DNA of 15,921 bases from positions 1 through 15,921 of the forward strand of contig NZ_JAYKGW010000137.1 in assembly GCF_035285525.1 (NCBI RefSeq). Direction: 5' to 3'. Positions 6,139-14,149 of this stretch are shown here, one piece after another. The position numbers and the translations under genes are program-made. The first letter of the stretch is position 1. Every line of letters begins with the position of its first letter. Source of the stretch: Okeania sp. (GTDB taxonomy: Bacteria; Cyanobacteriota; Cyanobacteriia; Cyanobacteriales; Microcoleaceae). A model generated the notes under the pieces. It was not told the origin of the DNA. It was given only the letters and a program-made list of their open reading frames with translations, and made no database searches.

Positions 6139-8385
6139 TTAAATTAAACTTTCCAACTTTTCTAAAGCTATCCAAAAACCCTCCCCATCATTTTTATGAC
6201 CTTGCCAAACTTCAGGAATAAAAGAAGCACGAGGAGCATCACTGTTCAAACTTTGAAACAGAGAATAAAAATCCATTTCCCCATCCCCAATTTGTAAACC
6301 TTCCCCATCAGTACCCTCTGCATCAGCAATATGCAAATGAGCTACATAAGCACCTACCTCTTCCACAAACTTTCTAAAAGACCAACCTCCAAGATTACAA
6401 GCTAACTGAGAATGAGAAACATCTAAGCAAACACGATATTCGTACTTATGACAAAATTCAGCTATTTCTTGAGGTTCGACGAAAATATTATGGTATCGCT
6501 GTCCGCCAAAATGCCAGGGAAAAGGAGGCATAGTTTGGGGAATAATCTCCACCCCCGATAGCTCCAACTCTGATAAACTTGTTAGCAACTGTTGGTAAAG
6601 TTGTGGCTTTTGAGAACTAGGCAAGATATTGTCTGTTGTAAACCCACCAACATTAGTCACAATTAAGGGGCGAGCAGCTTTCTGAAAATATGAAGCTAGC
6701 TCTTTAGCTAAATTAACAACCCGTTGTAACTCTTGAACAGAATGTTGACGATAATCTTCATCCTCAGCACATAGATCGAGAATATGGTCTCCAGCAAACA
6801 ATTCTGGACTATGCACCACCAAATCTAAATCGTAGGATCGATCAAAATATTGGGTAATATCTTCTTCTAAGTCTTTATAACTGAGATGAAATTCCAGCAA
6901 ATTAGGATTAGACTTTGCCAATATCGCCTTAAAGTCGTGATAGCGGACGGGTACACCCCAAGGACGATTAAATTTGTAATGACGCGCCCTTACTTGTTTC
7001 ACTTCTAAGTCGCTAGCAAAAAAGAAATCTCCAGCTTGAAAATTCCGTTGAGCTTTTTTACCAATCAACTCTCCCTTCCGGTTTGGTTGTAAACCCTGCC
7101 CTGGACTTTTCACCTCTATCATTTCCGCTGTAATTTCTTGCCCCAGCGCCAAATTACAATTAATAACCAAACTCTTAGCCAAATTTTCTCGGTTCATTAA
7201 CTCCCCTTGACTGGGGCGACGTTCTCCTGCCGTACCTAAAGCTTCCTCCACTTGGCGAATACCCTCCACCATTGCCTTAAACTCTGCTGGCAATAAACTT
7301 ACTTTATGGTCATTGCCTTCCATCGTTTTGTCAAGGGTAAAATGTTTTTCAATAACCTTAGCTCCCTTAGCTACAGCAGCGATCGCCACATTAAAACCCC
7401 GTTCATGGCCAGAATATCCCACAGGACAATCACCAATTTTCGCCAACTTATCCAAATAATTCAGATTAATATCCTTAAAAGGTGCAGGATAAGTAGAATT
7501 ACAATGGAGTAAAACATACATTCCCCCCAACTTTTGCAATAATGCTACTGACTCCTTAATTTCTGCCTCAGCAGACATCCCAGTAGAACAAATTAAAGGT
7601 TTCCCCGTATTTACCAAAGCTTGAAGTAAGTCGTGATTCGTCAAATCAGCGGAGGCCACCTTATAAGCAGGCATTCCGTAATTATCTAGCATTTTTACAG
7701 TCTTCACATCCCAAGGAGTACATAGAGGCAAAATTCCTTGAGCGCGACAGTAGTCAAAAGCTGCAAACATCTCCTCTGGAGTTAGCTGAAACCGGGAAAG
7801 TAAATCCAGAGTATATTGCGCCCCCAAATCTTCCTTCGCATCATTGGCATCACCAGCATTACGATATAAAGATGCCATATCCCGCATTTGAAACTTAGCA
7901 CAATTTGCCCCAGAGGCGATCGCTTCATCTATCAATCGTTTGGCCATATCCAAACTACCATTATGATTAATCCCAATTTCCGCAATAATGAAAGTAGGGG
8001 AATTTTCATCAATCGTGAAATTATCAATTTTAATCCCATCTGGTTCCTGTTTAGCGATCGCTACTAAATGGCCTTTATCATCTAATAGGGGAATAAATGT
8101 TATTCCCTGAGAAAAGTACGATTGAATTTTAGTCGGTTCGTCTCCCATCAAAGCACACTTAAAATTTTTGTTGGAAGCTACAGAAACAGGTTGATTTAAG
8201 TCCGTACTGTCTTGTTGTATTAACCAGCGTCTAAAATCACCATCTGTTAAGACTCCCTCTAAAACCCCTGTTTCAGTGACAGAAAATATGATTCTATGTT
8301 TATTATCACTAATTTTTTTCAGAGCATTAATCAAGCTATCTTCAGAAAAAACAATATATTGAGATAGATTTCTATCAATTTGCAT
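6139..8385 (-). CDS. Four-domain nonulosonic acid synthase: CBS pair + NeuB (sialic-acid-synthase family) + SAF domain + xylose-isomerase-like TIM barrel (sugar phosphate isomerase/epimerase fold)
   Basis: aa 1-112 form a CBS pair (VLEGVLTDGDFRRWL; GITFIPLLDDKGHLVAIAK). aa ~130-395 form the NeuB core (FIIAEIGINHNGSLDMAKRLIDEAIASGANCAKFQ; ICSTGMS; LLHCNSTYPAP; GYSGHE; IEKHFTLDK). aa ~398-460 are SAF-like (SLVINCNLALGQEITAEMIEVKSPGQGL). aa ~470-748 are TIM-barrel-like (LEFHLSY; VVHSPE; VCLDVSH; HLHIADA; IPEVW). Confidence 0.85.
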   Translation of the reverse strand: MQIDRNLSQYIVFSEDSLINALKKISDNKHRIIFSVTETGVLEGVLTDGDFRRWLIQQDSTDLNQPVSVASNKNFKCALMGDEPTKIQSYFSQGITFIPLLDDKGHLVAIAKQEPDGIKIDNFTIDENSPTFIIAEIGINHNGSLDMAKRLIDEAIASGANCAKFQMRDMASLYRNAGDANDAKEDLGAQYTLDLLSRFQLTPEEMFAAFDYCRAQGILPLCTPWDVKTVKMLDNYGMPAYKVASADLTNHDLLQALVNTGKPLICSTGMSAEAEIKESVALLQKLGGMYVLLHCNSTYPAPFKDINLNYLDKLAKIGDCPVGYSGHERGFNVAIAAVAKGAKVIEKHFTLDKTMEGNDHKVSLLPAEFKAMVEGIRQVEEALGTAGERRPSQGELMNRENLAKSLVINCNLALGQEITAEMIEVKSPGQGLQPNRKGELIGKKAQRNFQAGDFFFASDLEVKQVRARHYKFNRPWGVPVRYHDFKAILAKSNPNLLEFHLSYKDLEEDITQYFDRSYDLDLVVHSPELFAGDHILDLCAEDEDYRQHSVQELQRVVNLAKELASYFQKAARPLIVTNVGGFTTDNILPSSQKPQLYQQLLTSLSELELSGVEIIPQTMPPFPWHFGGQRYHNIFVEPQEIAEFCHKYEYRVCLDVSHSQLACNLGGWSFRKFVEEVGAYVAHLHIADAEGTDGEGLQIGDGEMDFYSLFQSLNSDAPRASFIPEVWQGHKNDGEGFWIALEKLESLI

Positions 8386-9068
8386 TATTCGCTTTGCTCC
8401 TTGTTTAATATCAACTCAGCAATTTCAAAATCTAGTAAAGAATCAATATCAACACAGTTTTCATTCATTACAAATAGGTCTATTTTACCTCCTAGCCAGT
8501 TTTGTTCCTGTTTTACTACCCAGGGTTTGCAAACATAAATCGACCCATTTTCAACAAACTGTGTTTTCATGTCCTGACGACGGGGACGGTAACGATAGTC
8601 ATAATTTATGGAGCTAGCGTACCCTTCAGATTTTTCCCATAAAAACTTGTGGGATGGGGATACAGACAATAGAGAATCAGCATCAGTATTTTGGAATTGT
8701 TTTATCGCCATATCAATGTCTTTTCCTGTTCTAATAGGAGCAGTGCATTGAAGAAAAACAATTAAATCTGGATACATCCCACCTCTTTCAATTTCTGTCA
8801 GTGCGTGGGCTAGTGCTGGAGCTGATGCAGCCGCATCTGTCGCTAGTTCTAGTGGACGTTGAATCATTTCAGCCCCATATTCCTTAGAAACATCAGCAAT
8901 TTCTGCATCTTCCGTTGAGACATAGATATGGTCTACTAATTCTGCTTCTCTAGCATCCAAGATAGTGTGAACAATTAATGGTTTACCAGCAAGCAAGCGC
9001 AAATTCTTCCGAGGTATCCCTTTAGAACCCCCTCTAGCTAAGATAACTGCTATTACTTTTTGATTCAT
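8385..9068 (-). CDS. Acylneuraminate cytidylyltransferase family (CMP-nonulosonic acid synthetase, NeuA-like)
   Basis: It has the canonical N-terminus VIAVILARGGSKGIPRKNLRLLAGKPLI and the downstream motif FLQCTAPIR. GAGGAAA lies 5 nt upstream of the ATG. Its stop overlaps the NeuB start as TAATG at 8385, which suggests translational coupling. Confidence 0.85.
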   Translation of the reverse strand: MNQKVIAVILARGGSKGIPRKNLRLLAGKPLIVHTILDAREAELVDHIYVSTEDAEIADVSKEYGAEMIQRPLELATDAAASAPALAHALTEIERGGMYPDLIVFLQCTAPIRTGKDIDMAIKQFQNTDADSLLSVSPSHKFLWEKSEGYASSINYDYRYRPRRQDMKTQFVENGSIYVCKPWVVKQEQNWLGGKIDLFVMNENCVDIDSLLDFEIAELILNKEQSE

Positions 9069-9082
9069 GTTGTTTCCTCGAT

Positions 9083-10045
9083 CTAACCTAGACAGATGAC
9101 TTCATCAAAATCAGGTTGAATTACCTTTATTTTTGGATGCAGTAGATTTTTTATTGCAGTAGAGACATTAGATTTACTAGAAATGAACAAATCAGATTTT
9201 GAACCAATAAAAACATCTCTTACAACATCTACTGCCATTCTGAACTTATCTTCCTTACTCCATTGTCCGCTCAAAAAAGCAGGAGCTTGTTCTATATTTT
9301 CTCGACCTAATAAATTTTTTCCTACTGCTCCTTGCCTATTAGTAGATGGAATAATTAGATTATCTATTTTTGTGCTTTCTGCAAAACTTTCCACAACTAT
9401 CCGATCCTCGGTAAGAAGAACAACACTATTCTCACTTAGTTGTAAATCTTCTAGAAGCTCGGCATACTTTTGGGCAATAATTGCTGAGTTTTTGCCTGAA
9501 CGAACTTTTTCTGAGCCTCGAATATGAATACAATAATAGGAACTAGCCTTTTCTGTAATAGATGCTGCTTCTGATATGATGTAATCCTTTAACTTATGAA
9601 CATCATTCACTAAATCACGAAAGTTCCACTTTGGTCGTTTATTAACTGTGCAAAAATCATCAGTAATTTGATTTATACCAAATAGATAGCGGTTGAATAT
9701 GCACCACCCTTTTTCTTCAATTATTTTTAACAACATTTCAAGATAATCCTTTTCATTCAAATCAGAAGAAATAGGTTTCCCATCTTTTGCTTTATATATA
9801 TCGCTCAATTCCAACCCAGTATGTTTGGTAATTTCAGATGCAGTTAATAAATTTTGAAGCAAAGCTATTTTGTTAACATCAAATATCTCACTGAAAACTT
9901 CATTTCCATTGAAGTACAGACTATTTGCTCCCCAGAATACAGATGCTTGTAAATCATAAGTTCTCGCAATGTGAAGACCTTGCAACACATGAAAGAAATC
10001 AGCGTAAAATCCTGCTCCCCAAGGGGTTATAATAATTTGTTTCAT
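9083..10045 (-). CDS. Hypothetical 320-aa protein; putative GT-B glycosyltransferase with fucosyltransferase-superfamily (NodZ/GT23, GT11-like) motifs
   Basis: A strong RBS precedes the start (TAGGAGGTATAAATG). Candidate motifs are I CIHIRGSEK (aa 172-180, H-x-R), II VVLLTEDR (aa 208-215) and III LFISSKSNVS (aa 286-295). The N-terminal WGAGFYADFFHVLQGL resembles the NodZ GFGDCLWSL segment. Only 14 nt separate its stop from the NeuA start. Confidence 0.45.
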   Translation of the reverse strand: MKQIIITPWGAGFYADFFHVLQGLHIARTYDLQASVFWGANSLYFNGNEVFSEIFDVNKIALLQNLLTASEITKHTGLELSDIYKAKDGKPISSDLNEKDYLEMLLKIIEEKGWCIFNRYLFGINQITDDFCTVNKRPKWNFRDLVNDVHKLKDYIISEAASITEKASSYYCIHIRGSEKVRSGKNSAIIAQKYAELLEDLQLSENSVVLLTEDRIVVESFAESTKIDNLIIPSTNRQGAVGKNLLGRENIEQAPAFLSGQWSKEDKFRMAVDVVRDVFIGSKSDLFISSKSNVSTAIKNLLHPKIKVIQPDFDEVICLG

Positions 10046-10227
10046 TTATACCTCCTAAGTAATATAGAGAAACTATTGCAACTTTTGAAAAAACCAGAAA
10101 AACTCAAGAGTAAATATAAACCAGTATGCAACTTTTTTCAAGTTGAAGAGTTTAGAATGTGGCAAGGAAATAGGATTCTATTCTTGGAGGACGAGGTGTT
10201 CAGGGGGGACAGAGTTCTGATGAGCAT

Positions 10228-11235
10228 TTAGATAGCTAATTGAGAAATATCTTCCAGCCAAAAATCCAAAAGCTTTAATTCTTCCATTCCCACTACGCCA
10301 ATATTTATTAATTTTTTGTAGCAAACTATGAGATTATGAGGAATATTTTCAACACCTGATTTTAAGGATAATTCCATTAACTCACTACAGATTTTTTCAT
10401 TGCTTAGATATCCGACAACTTCATCCTCAAAATCTTTCATTAAATCATGTTTATTACGCTCTTGATAAACAGTTGATTTGTGAAAAAGGATAGACCAATT
10501 ATTTTCCCAAGCAATCCTTTGAGCAACAAAACTCCGCCAAATATCTGTCATTCTAAAAGAACAATAATATGGTAGATAAAGTAGAGGATAAGCAGATGGA
10601 AACCAAGTCGTATTTTGACTATTGAACGGACACCAACTGCCTTGAGAAAAAACAATTTCTCGGTCTTGCCTAAAACTGATCGGTAAAGGCAAAACTAAAC
10701 GATAAATAGCATCGACATCTGGATTCAAATCTGCTAACCCTTGCTGAATAGGACAATAACATTCTTCTTGTGGTAATTCCTCATATGGAACAATAGGCTC
10801 ATGAATTTTATTCAACAAAAAACCTCGTGGCCAGATATTAACATCAGTAAAATATTTGTAAGCATTCACCCATCCTTTGTTGATTAAGCAAGGAGCAACA
10901 AACTTATCTTTTCTTTCTTCCCAGAACGTGGCGATCGGGATATTATCATCATCAGTTTCTACAATAATAGATGCTCCATTTTGCATGGATAATAAATAAC
11001 CAATATTCTTTCGAGCATAATGCTTTACTGGGCAAGCTTGAGCATATTTAAACTCTAATTTTAGCTGCTTTTCTAGAGAATAAAAATCGCAGTTTTCAAG
11101 CTGAAAATTTTCTGGACTTTTACTATCACCAATTACTATAAAATTAAAATCATGATCTAGTGATTTACTAGCAGTTTCTATCAATGCTTTTGTTGGTTGA
11201 TTGATTGATGTAACTACAATTGATTTGTTTTTCAT
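10228..11235 (-). CDS. STELLO-like (DUF288) glycosyltransferase
   Basis: SIVVTSINQPT ... FIVIGDSKSP ... YSLEKQLKL ... YARKNIGYLLSMQNGASIIVETDDDNIP ... WPRGF follows the STELLO family pattern as I recall it (IVV.S.N.PT / V.GD.KTP / L..Q..L / RKNIGYLYAI.HGA..I...DDDN). Confidence 0.6.
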   Translation of the reverse strand: MKNKSIVVTSINQPTKALIETASKSLDHDFNFIVIGDSKSPENFQLENCDFYSLEKQLKLEFKYAQACPVKHYARKNIGYLLSMQNGASIIVETDDDNIPIATFWEERKDKFVAPCLINKGWVNAYKYFTDVNIWPRGFLLNKIHEPIVPYEELPQEECYCPIQQGLADLNPDVDAIYRLVLPLPISFRQDREIVFSQGSWCPFNSQNTTWFPSAYPLLYLPYYCSFRMTDIWRSFVAQRIAWENNWSILFHKSTVYQERNKHDLMKDFEDEVVGYLSNEKICSELMELSLKSGVENIPHNLIVCYKKLINIGVVGMEELKLLDFWLEDISQLAI

Positions 11236-11388
11236 CTTAATTGATTATTTTTCACTTACTTCAGTACAGTTTTAATATATTTAAGATGGCTCATTAGGAG
11301 TTTCAATAAATTCCTTAGAAAGTTCAGGAGTAAAAATTTCCCAAGAGGAAACCATTATTATCCCCCATAAAATTGCACACTGTGTATA

Positions 11389-12708
11389 TCATTTTTCGAC
11401 TATTTCAGTTATTTTTGAGAGAGATGAATCTAATCCATCAACAAAGTTATCACAATAGTCATAAAATTTGGCATTATTTTTAATTAACTCTAAATTGTCT
11501 TTTAGATAAAAAGTAGCTTTAACAGCATCATTAATGTCATTAGAATCAAAAGTTACTCCAAGCTCGTAGTTCTTGACAGCTTCACCTATGAAAAATCTAT
11601 CGCTAGCTATTACTGGAATTTGAAGCTTTGCGGCCTTGCTCAAAAGATTAGAGCTTTGTGGAAATTCAAAGTAACCTAAAAATATCGCATCAAAACCTTT
11701 TATTAAGGCATTAAAACCCCCTTCACTTTTGCTAATTATTTCAGGGAAAAAGAAAACATTATCAGGAAGATTATCAGCAAAATCTTGAATAATAGCTAAT
11801 TCATTTTCACTAAATGTTTGAGTGTTTAGTTTTCCTGCTAAAACAAAATAAAAAAGCTTTTCAGGAAGTAATTTTATATACTCAATAAATGTCATTACTC
11901 CCTTCCAACGTCCCAGGGAACCTGCTAGGCCAATAACAAATCTATTATTTTTGTGTCTAAAAATGTTTTCAACAAGAGTTGTTGTAGAGCGATCCGTAGC
12001 AACTTCAGTAAAATCAGGTATATGATAAATACCTTTATTGAAAAACTTACTTTTTAAATTTCCCAATACCTGTGGATCAACAATATACAGAAATTTACAT
12101 TTATCTGACGATAGACACTTTTCACGCTGAATTAGCCACTTCTCTTTATCAGGAATACGGTGGTAACTAGCACCCATGTAAATCCCTCCCCAAATTATGC
12201 TCTCTAAATGACAGTCATCAGCTTCCAGCGATGGGTGGATGAAATAATCAATGCTGGGAAAGAATGCCAGGTCAACTTTGTCAAAAAGGTCTAAATTACC
12301 AATTAAAAGTCTAAGTGCCTCCCAGCACCTTTTCTTATTTTTTGGCTCAATTTGCGTATAAAAATAGTTGTTTAACTGAACATCTGCCTCTTTTGCAATA
12401 GGGAGAAGAAAGTTTTCTATCTCTACAGGAAAAGGTGTTAGTGTTACCAGATTAAAACCCATTGATAGGAAATGTCTGCCTATAGTTTTGACATAATTTG
12501 GTGAATGTCCTACATGATTAGGCTCTATTAAAAGCAATGTATAATTTAAGGCATTACAAACATCACGATTCGATTTTATTTGTTGCGATAAGTGATTAAT
12601 TAGTATTTTGTTTTCATCAATTAAAACAGAATTATCTATAACTTTTTTTGAAATTTCATTAATTAACGACTTTAAATCTGAAAGCTCTTCATTCACATTT
12701 TTCGACAT
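11389..12708 (-). CDS. Hypothetical 439-aa protein; C-terminal half looks like the nucleotide-sugar-binding domain of a GT-B (GT1/GT4-like) glycosyltransferase
   Basis: RFVIGLAGSLGRWKGVMTFIEYIKLL...YFVLAGK and DAIFLGYFEFPQSSNLLSKAAKLQIPVIASD...GEAV resemble the GT-B C-terminal Rossmann domain. The N-terminal ~45 aa look coiled-coil-like. The family was not recognised. Confidence 0.45.
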   Translation of the reverse strand: MSKNVNEELSDLKSLINEISKKVIDNSVLIDENKILINHLSQQIKSNRDVCNALNYTLLLIEPNHVGHSPNYVKTIGRHFLSMGFNLVTLTPFPVEIENFLLPIAKEADVQLNNYFYTQIEPKNKKRCWEALRLLIGNLDLFDKVDLAFFPSIDYFIHPSLEADDCHLESIIWGGIYMGASYHRIPDKEKWLIQREKCLSSDKCKFLYIVDPQVLGNLKSKFFNKGIYHIPDFTEVATDRSTTTLVENIFRHKNNRFVIGLAGSLGRWKGVMTFIEYIKLLPEKLFYFVLAGKLNTQTFSENELAIIQDFADNLPDNVFFFPEIISKSEGGFNALIKGFDAIFLGYFEFPQSSNLLSKAAKLQIPVIASDRFFIGEAVKNYELGVTFDSNDINDAVKATFYLKDNLELIKNNAKFYDYCDNFVDGLDSSLSKITEIVEK

Positions 12709-12784
12709 AATAAATAATTGTTTTTCACTAATGTTTAACTATAGATATTAAAGATATTAAAACTTTTTTGTGCAGAAGATAAAA

Positions 12785-14119
12785 TCATATTCTTAGGCAA
12801 GATTCAAGGGCATTTGGTAAATCTTGATAACCTACATCATAGAATATTTCTCGACTAGATGCAAAATTATCATTTAAAATATGATTTCGTAGTTTTTGTA
12901 CAGATAATTGACCTCTTCCAAGATCGAGAATATGTTTATCACTCAATAAGCTCCCTCCCCACACACTTGATATTAAATTGTCCCTAATTTCAATACCTTT
13001 CTTTCTTAAATATGGAGCATACAACAAACCTGTACTGCTTAGAGACACTATAACATCCGAAACTGACAAATCATCTACAAGATGATTTTTCCCAGTAATA
13101 ACAACTTTTGGTGAATTAATTACAGTAGATAATTTCTTTTGAAAAAACTCGTCATCCTTTTGGACAAATCTTCTTCGCAAAATAACTTTTCCTACTTCTG
13201 ATATTAAAACTAAACCTTGAAGCAATTCAATAAGTCTTGTCAGCAATGAAACACAGCGATGTGGCATTTTCCACCCAGAATCTTGTGAAAGGACTAACAC
13301 AGTCAGGGGGTATCTAGAACTAGGTTTTTTTGGCAAAGTCAATGGAATCTTCCGTGCAACTGGTTCAAGCCAAGGTAAGGTTTTAATTCTCGTATTTGAA
13401 CTTGAAATTTTTTTCAAATAACTTAAGGATGCTTTGGATAGTGAAACAACACAATCAGTATCAAAAATTCCTTGACTAATTTGAGGATGACCATGAGGAA
13501 TAAGAATAGTTTTAATACCAAGAGATTTTGCTGCTATTTTCAGGGCAGTGTCAAATTGATGTCTATTATTTAACAATATAACGTATTTAGGCTGTATTTT
13601 TTCTAGTATTAATTTGTAGTTTTCAGTGAATGATTTGATCTCTAAAGTATTGTCAAAAATATTAAAATAACAATTGCGATACCCAATCTCAAGAGTTCTT
13701 TTGTCAATCAATGATTGATAGTAATTCGCTTCATATTGTTGAGAATTAGTCAACCTTCCTTTTCCCACAAAAAACGATTTTGCAAAATTTGATAAATCAA
13801 CGTTTTTCATATGTTTAGGATTTTGGTTAAACAACATAACAGTTGTAAGTCCAATTTTTTTTAATTCTTGAGCTAGCACATTTTGTATTCCCAAATAGTT
13901 CTCTTGGGGAGTTATATAATTCATAACAACATTGGCAGAACAATATTGTTGTTTGTTGATATCAAATATACTTTGATTGGGAGTGTACTGTTTTTCTCTA
14001 TCTTTAAAAATGTTAAAATGATAAGACATATAAACCGCCGTCCTGGCCGCATCGCAAATATTCAGGTTGGTGTATTGATTTATAAGCTGGCAGCTAGTCA
14101 ATTCAAATAGTTTATCCAT
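12785..14119 (-). CDS. Hypothetical ~444-aa protein (452 aa from the GTG at 14143); two-Rossmann GT-B / capsule-synthesis-like appearance, family not recognised
   Basis: This is a long clean ORF. YVILLNNRHQFDTALKIAAKSLGIKTILIPHGHPQ and DVIVSLSSTGLLYAPYLRKKGIE have the beta-alpha-beta patterns seen in GT-B enzymes. ATG 14119 (MDKLFEL) is preferred because its leader resembles those of the two downstream genes. The track start at 14143 is a GTG. Confidence 0.4.
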   Translation of the reverse strand: MDKLFELTSCQLINQYTNLNICDAARTAVYMSYHFNIFKDREKQYTPNQSIFDINKQQYCSANVVMNYITPQENYLGIQNVLAQELKKIGLTTVMLFNQNPKHMKNVDLSNFAKSFFVGKGRLTNSQQYEANYYQSLIDKRTLEIGYRNCYFNIFDNTLEIKSFTENYKLILEKIQPKYVILLNNRHQFDTALKIAAKSLGIKTILIPHGHPQISQGIFDTDCVVSLSKASLSYLKKISSSNTRIKTLPWLEPVARKIPLTLPKKPSSRYPLTVLVLSQDSGWKMPHRCVSLLTRLIELLQGLVLISEVGKVILRRRFVQKDDEFFQKKLSTVINSPKVVITGKNHLVDDLSVSDVIVSLSSTGLLYAPYLRKKGIEIRDNLISSVWGGSLLSDKHILDLGRGQLSVQKLRNHILNDNFASSREIFYDVGYQDLPNALESCLRI

Positions 14120-14149
14120 AACAAAATTGATTATCTTCCTCACTAATAA

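Noticed and set aside
10100-10140. Small hairpin caactt-ttttc-aagttg (about 10129-10145) as a terminator between the STELLO-like gene and the 320-aa gene
   Set aside because: The stem is only 6 bp and AT-rich, and no U-tract follows it on the minus (transcribed) strand. It is not convincing as an intrinsic terminator.
10931-10938. GCGATCGG, a 7/8 HIP1 match inside the STELLO-like gene
   Set aside because: It is not a perfect HIP1 site, so it is not counted. It is noted only because it is the single near-match in the AT-rich block.
11281-11355. 24-aa minus-strand mini-ORF (MVSSWEIFTPELSKEFIETPNEPS) in the 153-nt gap between the 439-aa gene and the STELLO-like gene
   Set aside because: It is too short, has no RBS and has no recognisable motif. 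It may be a remnant or a leader peptide, but the sequence alone gives no support.
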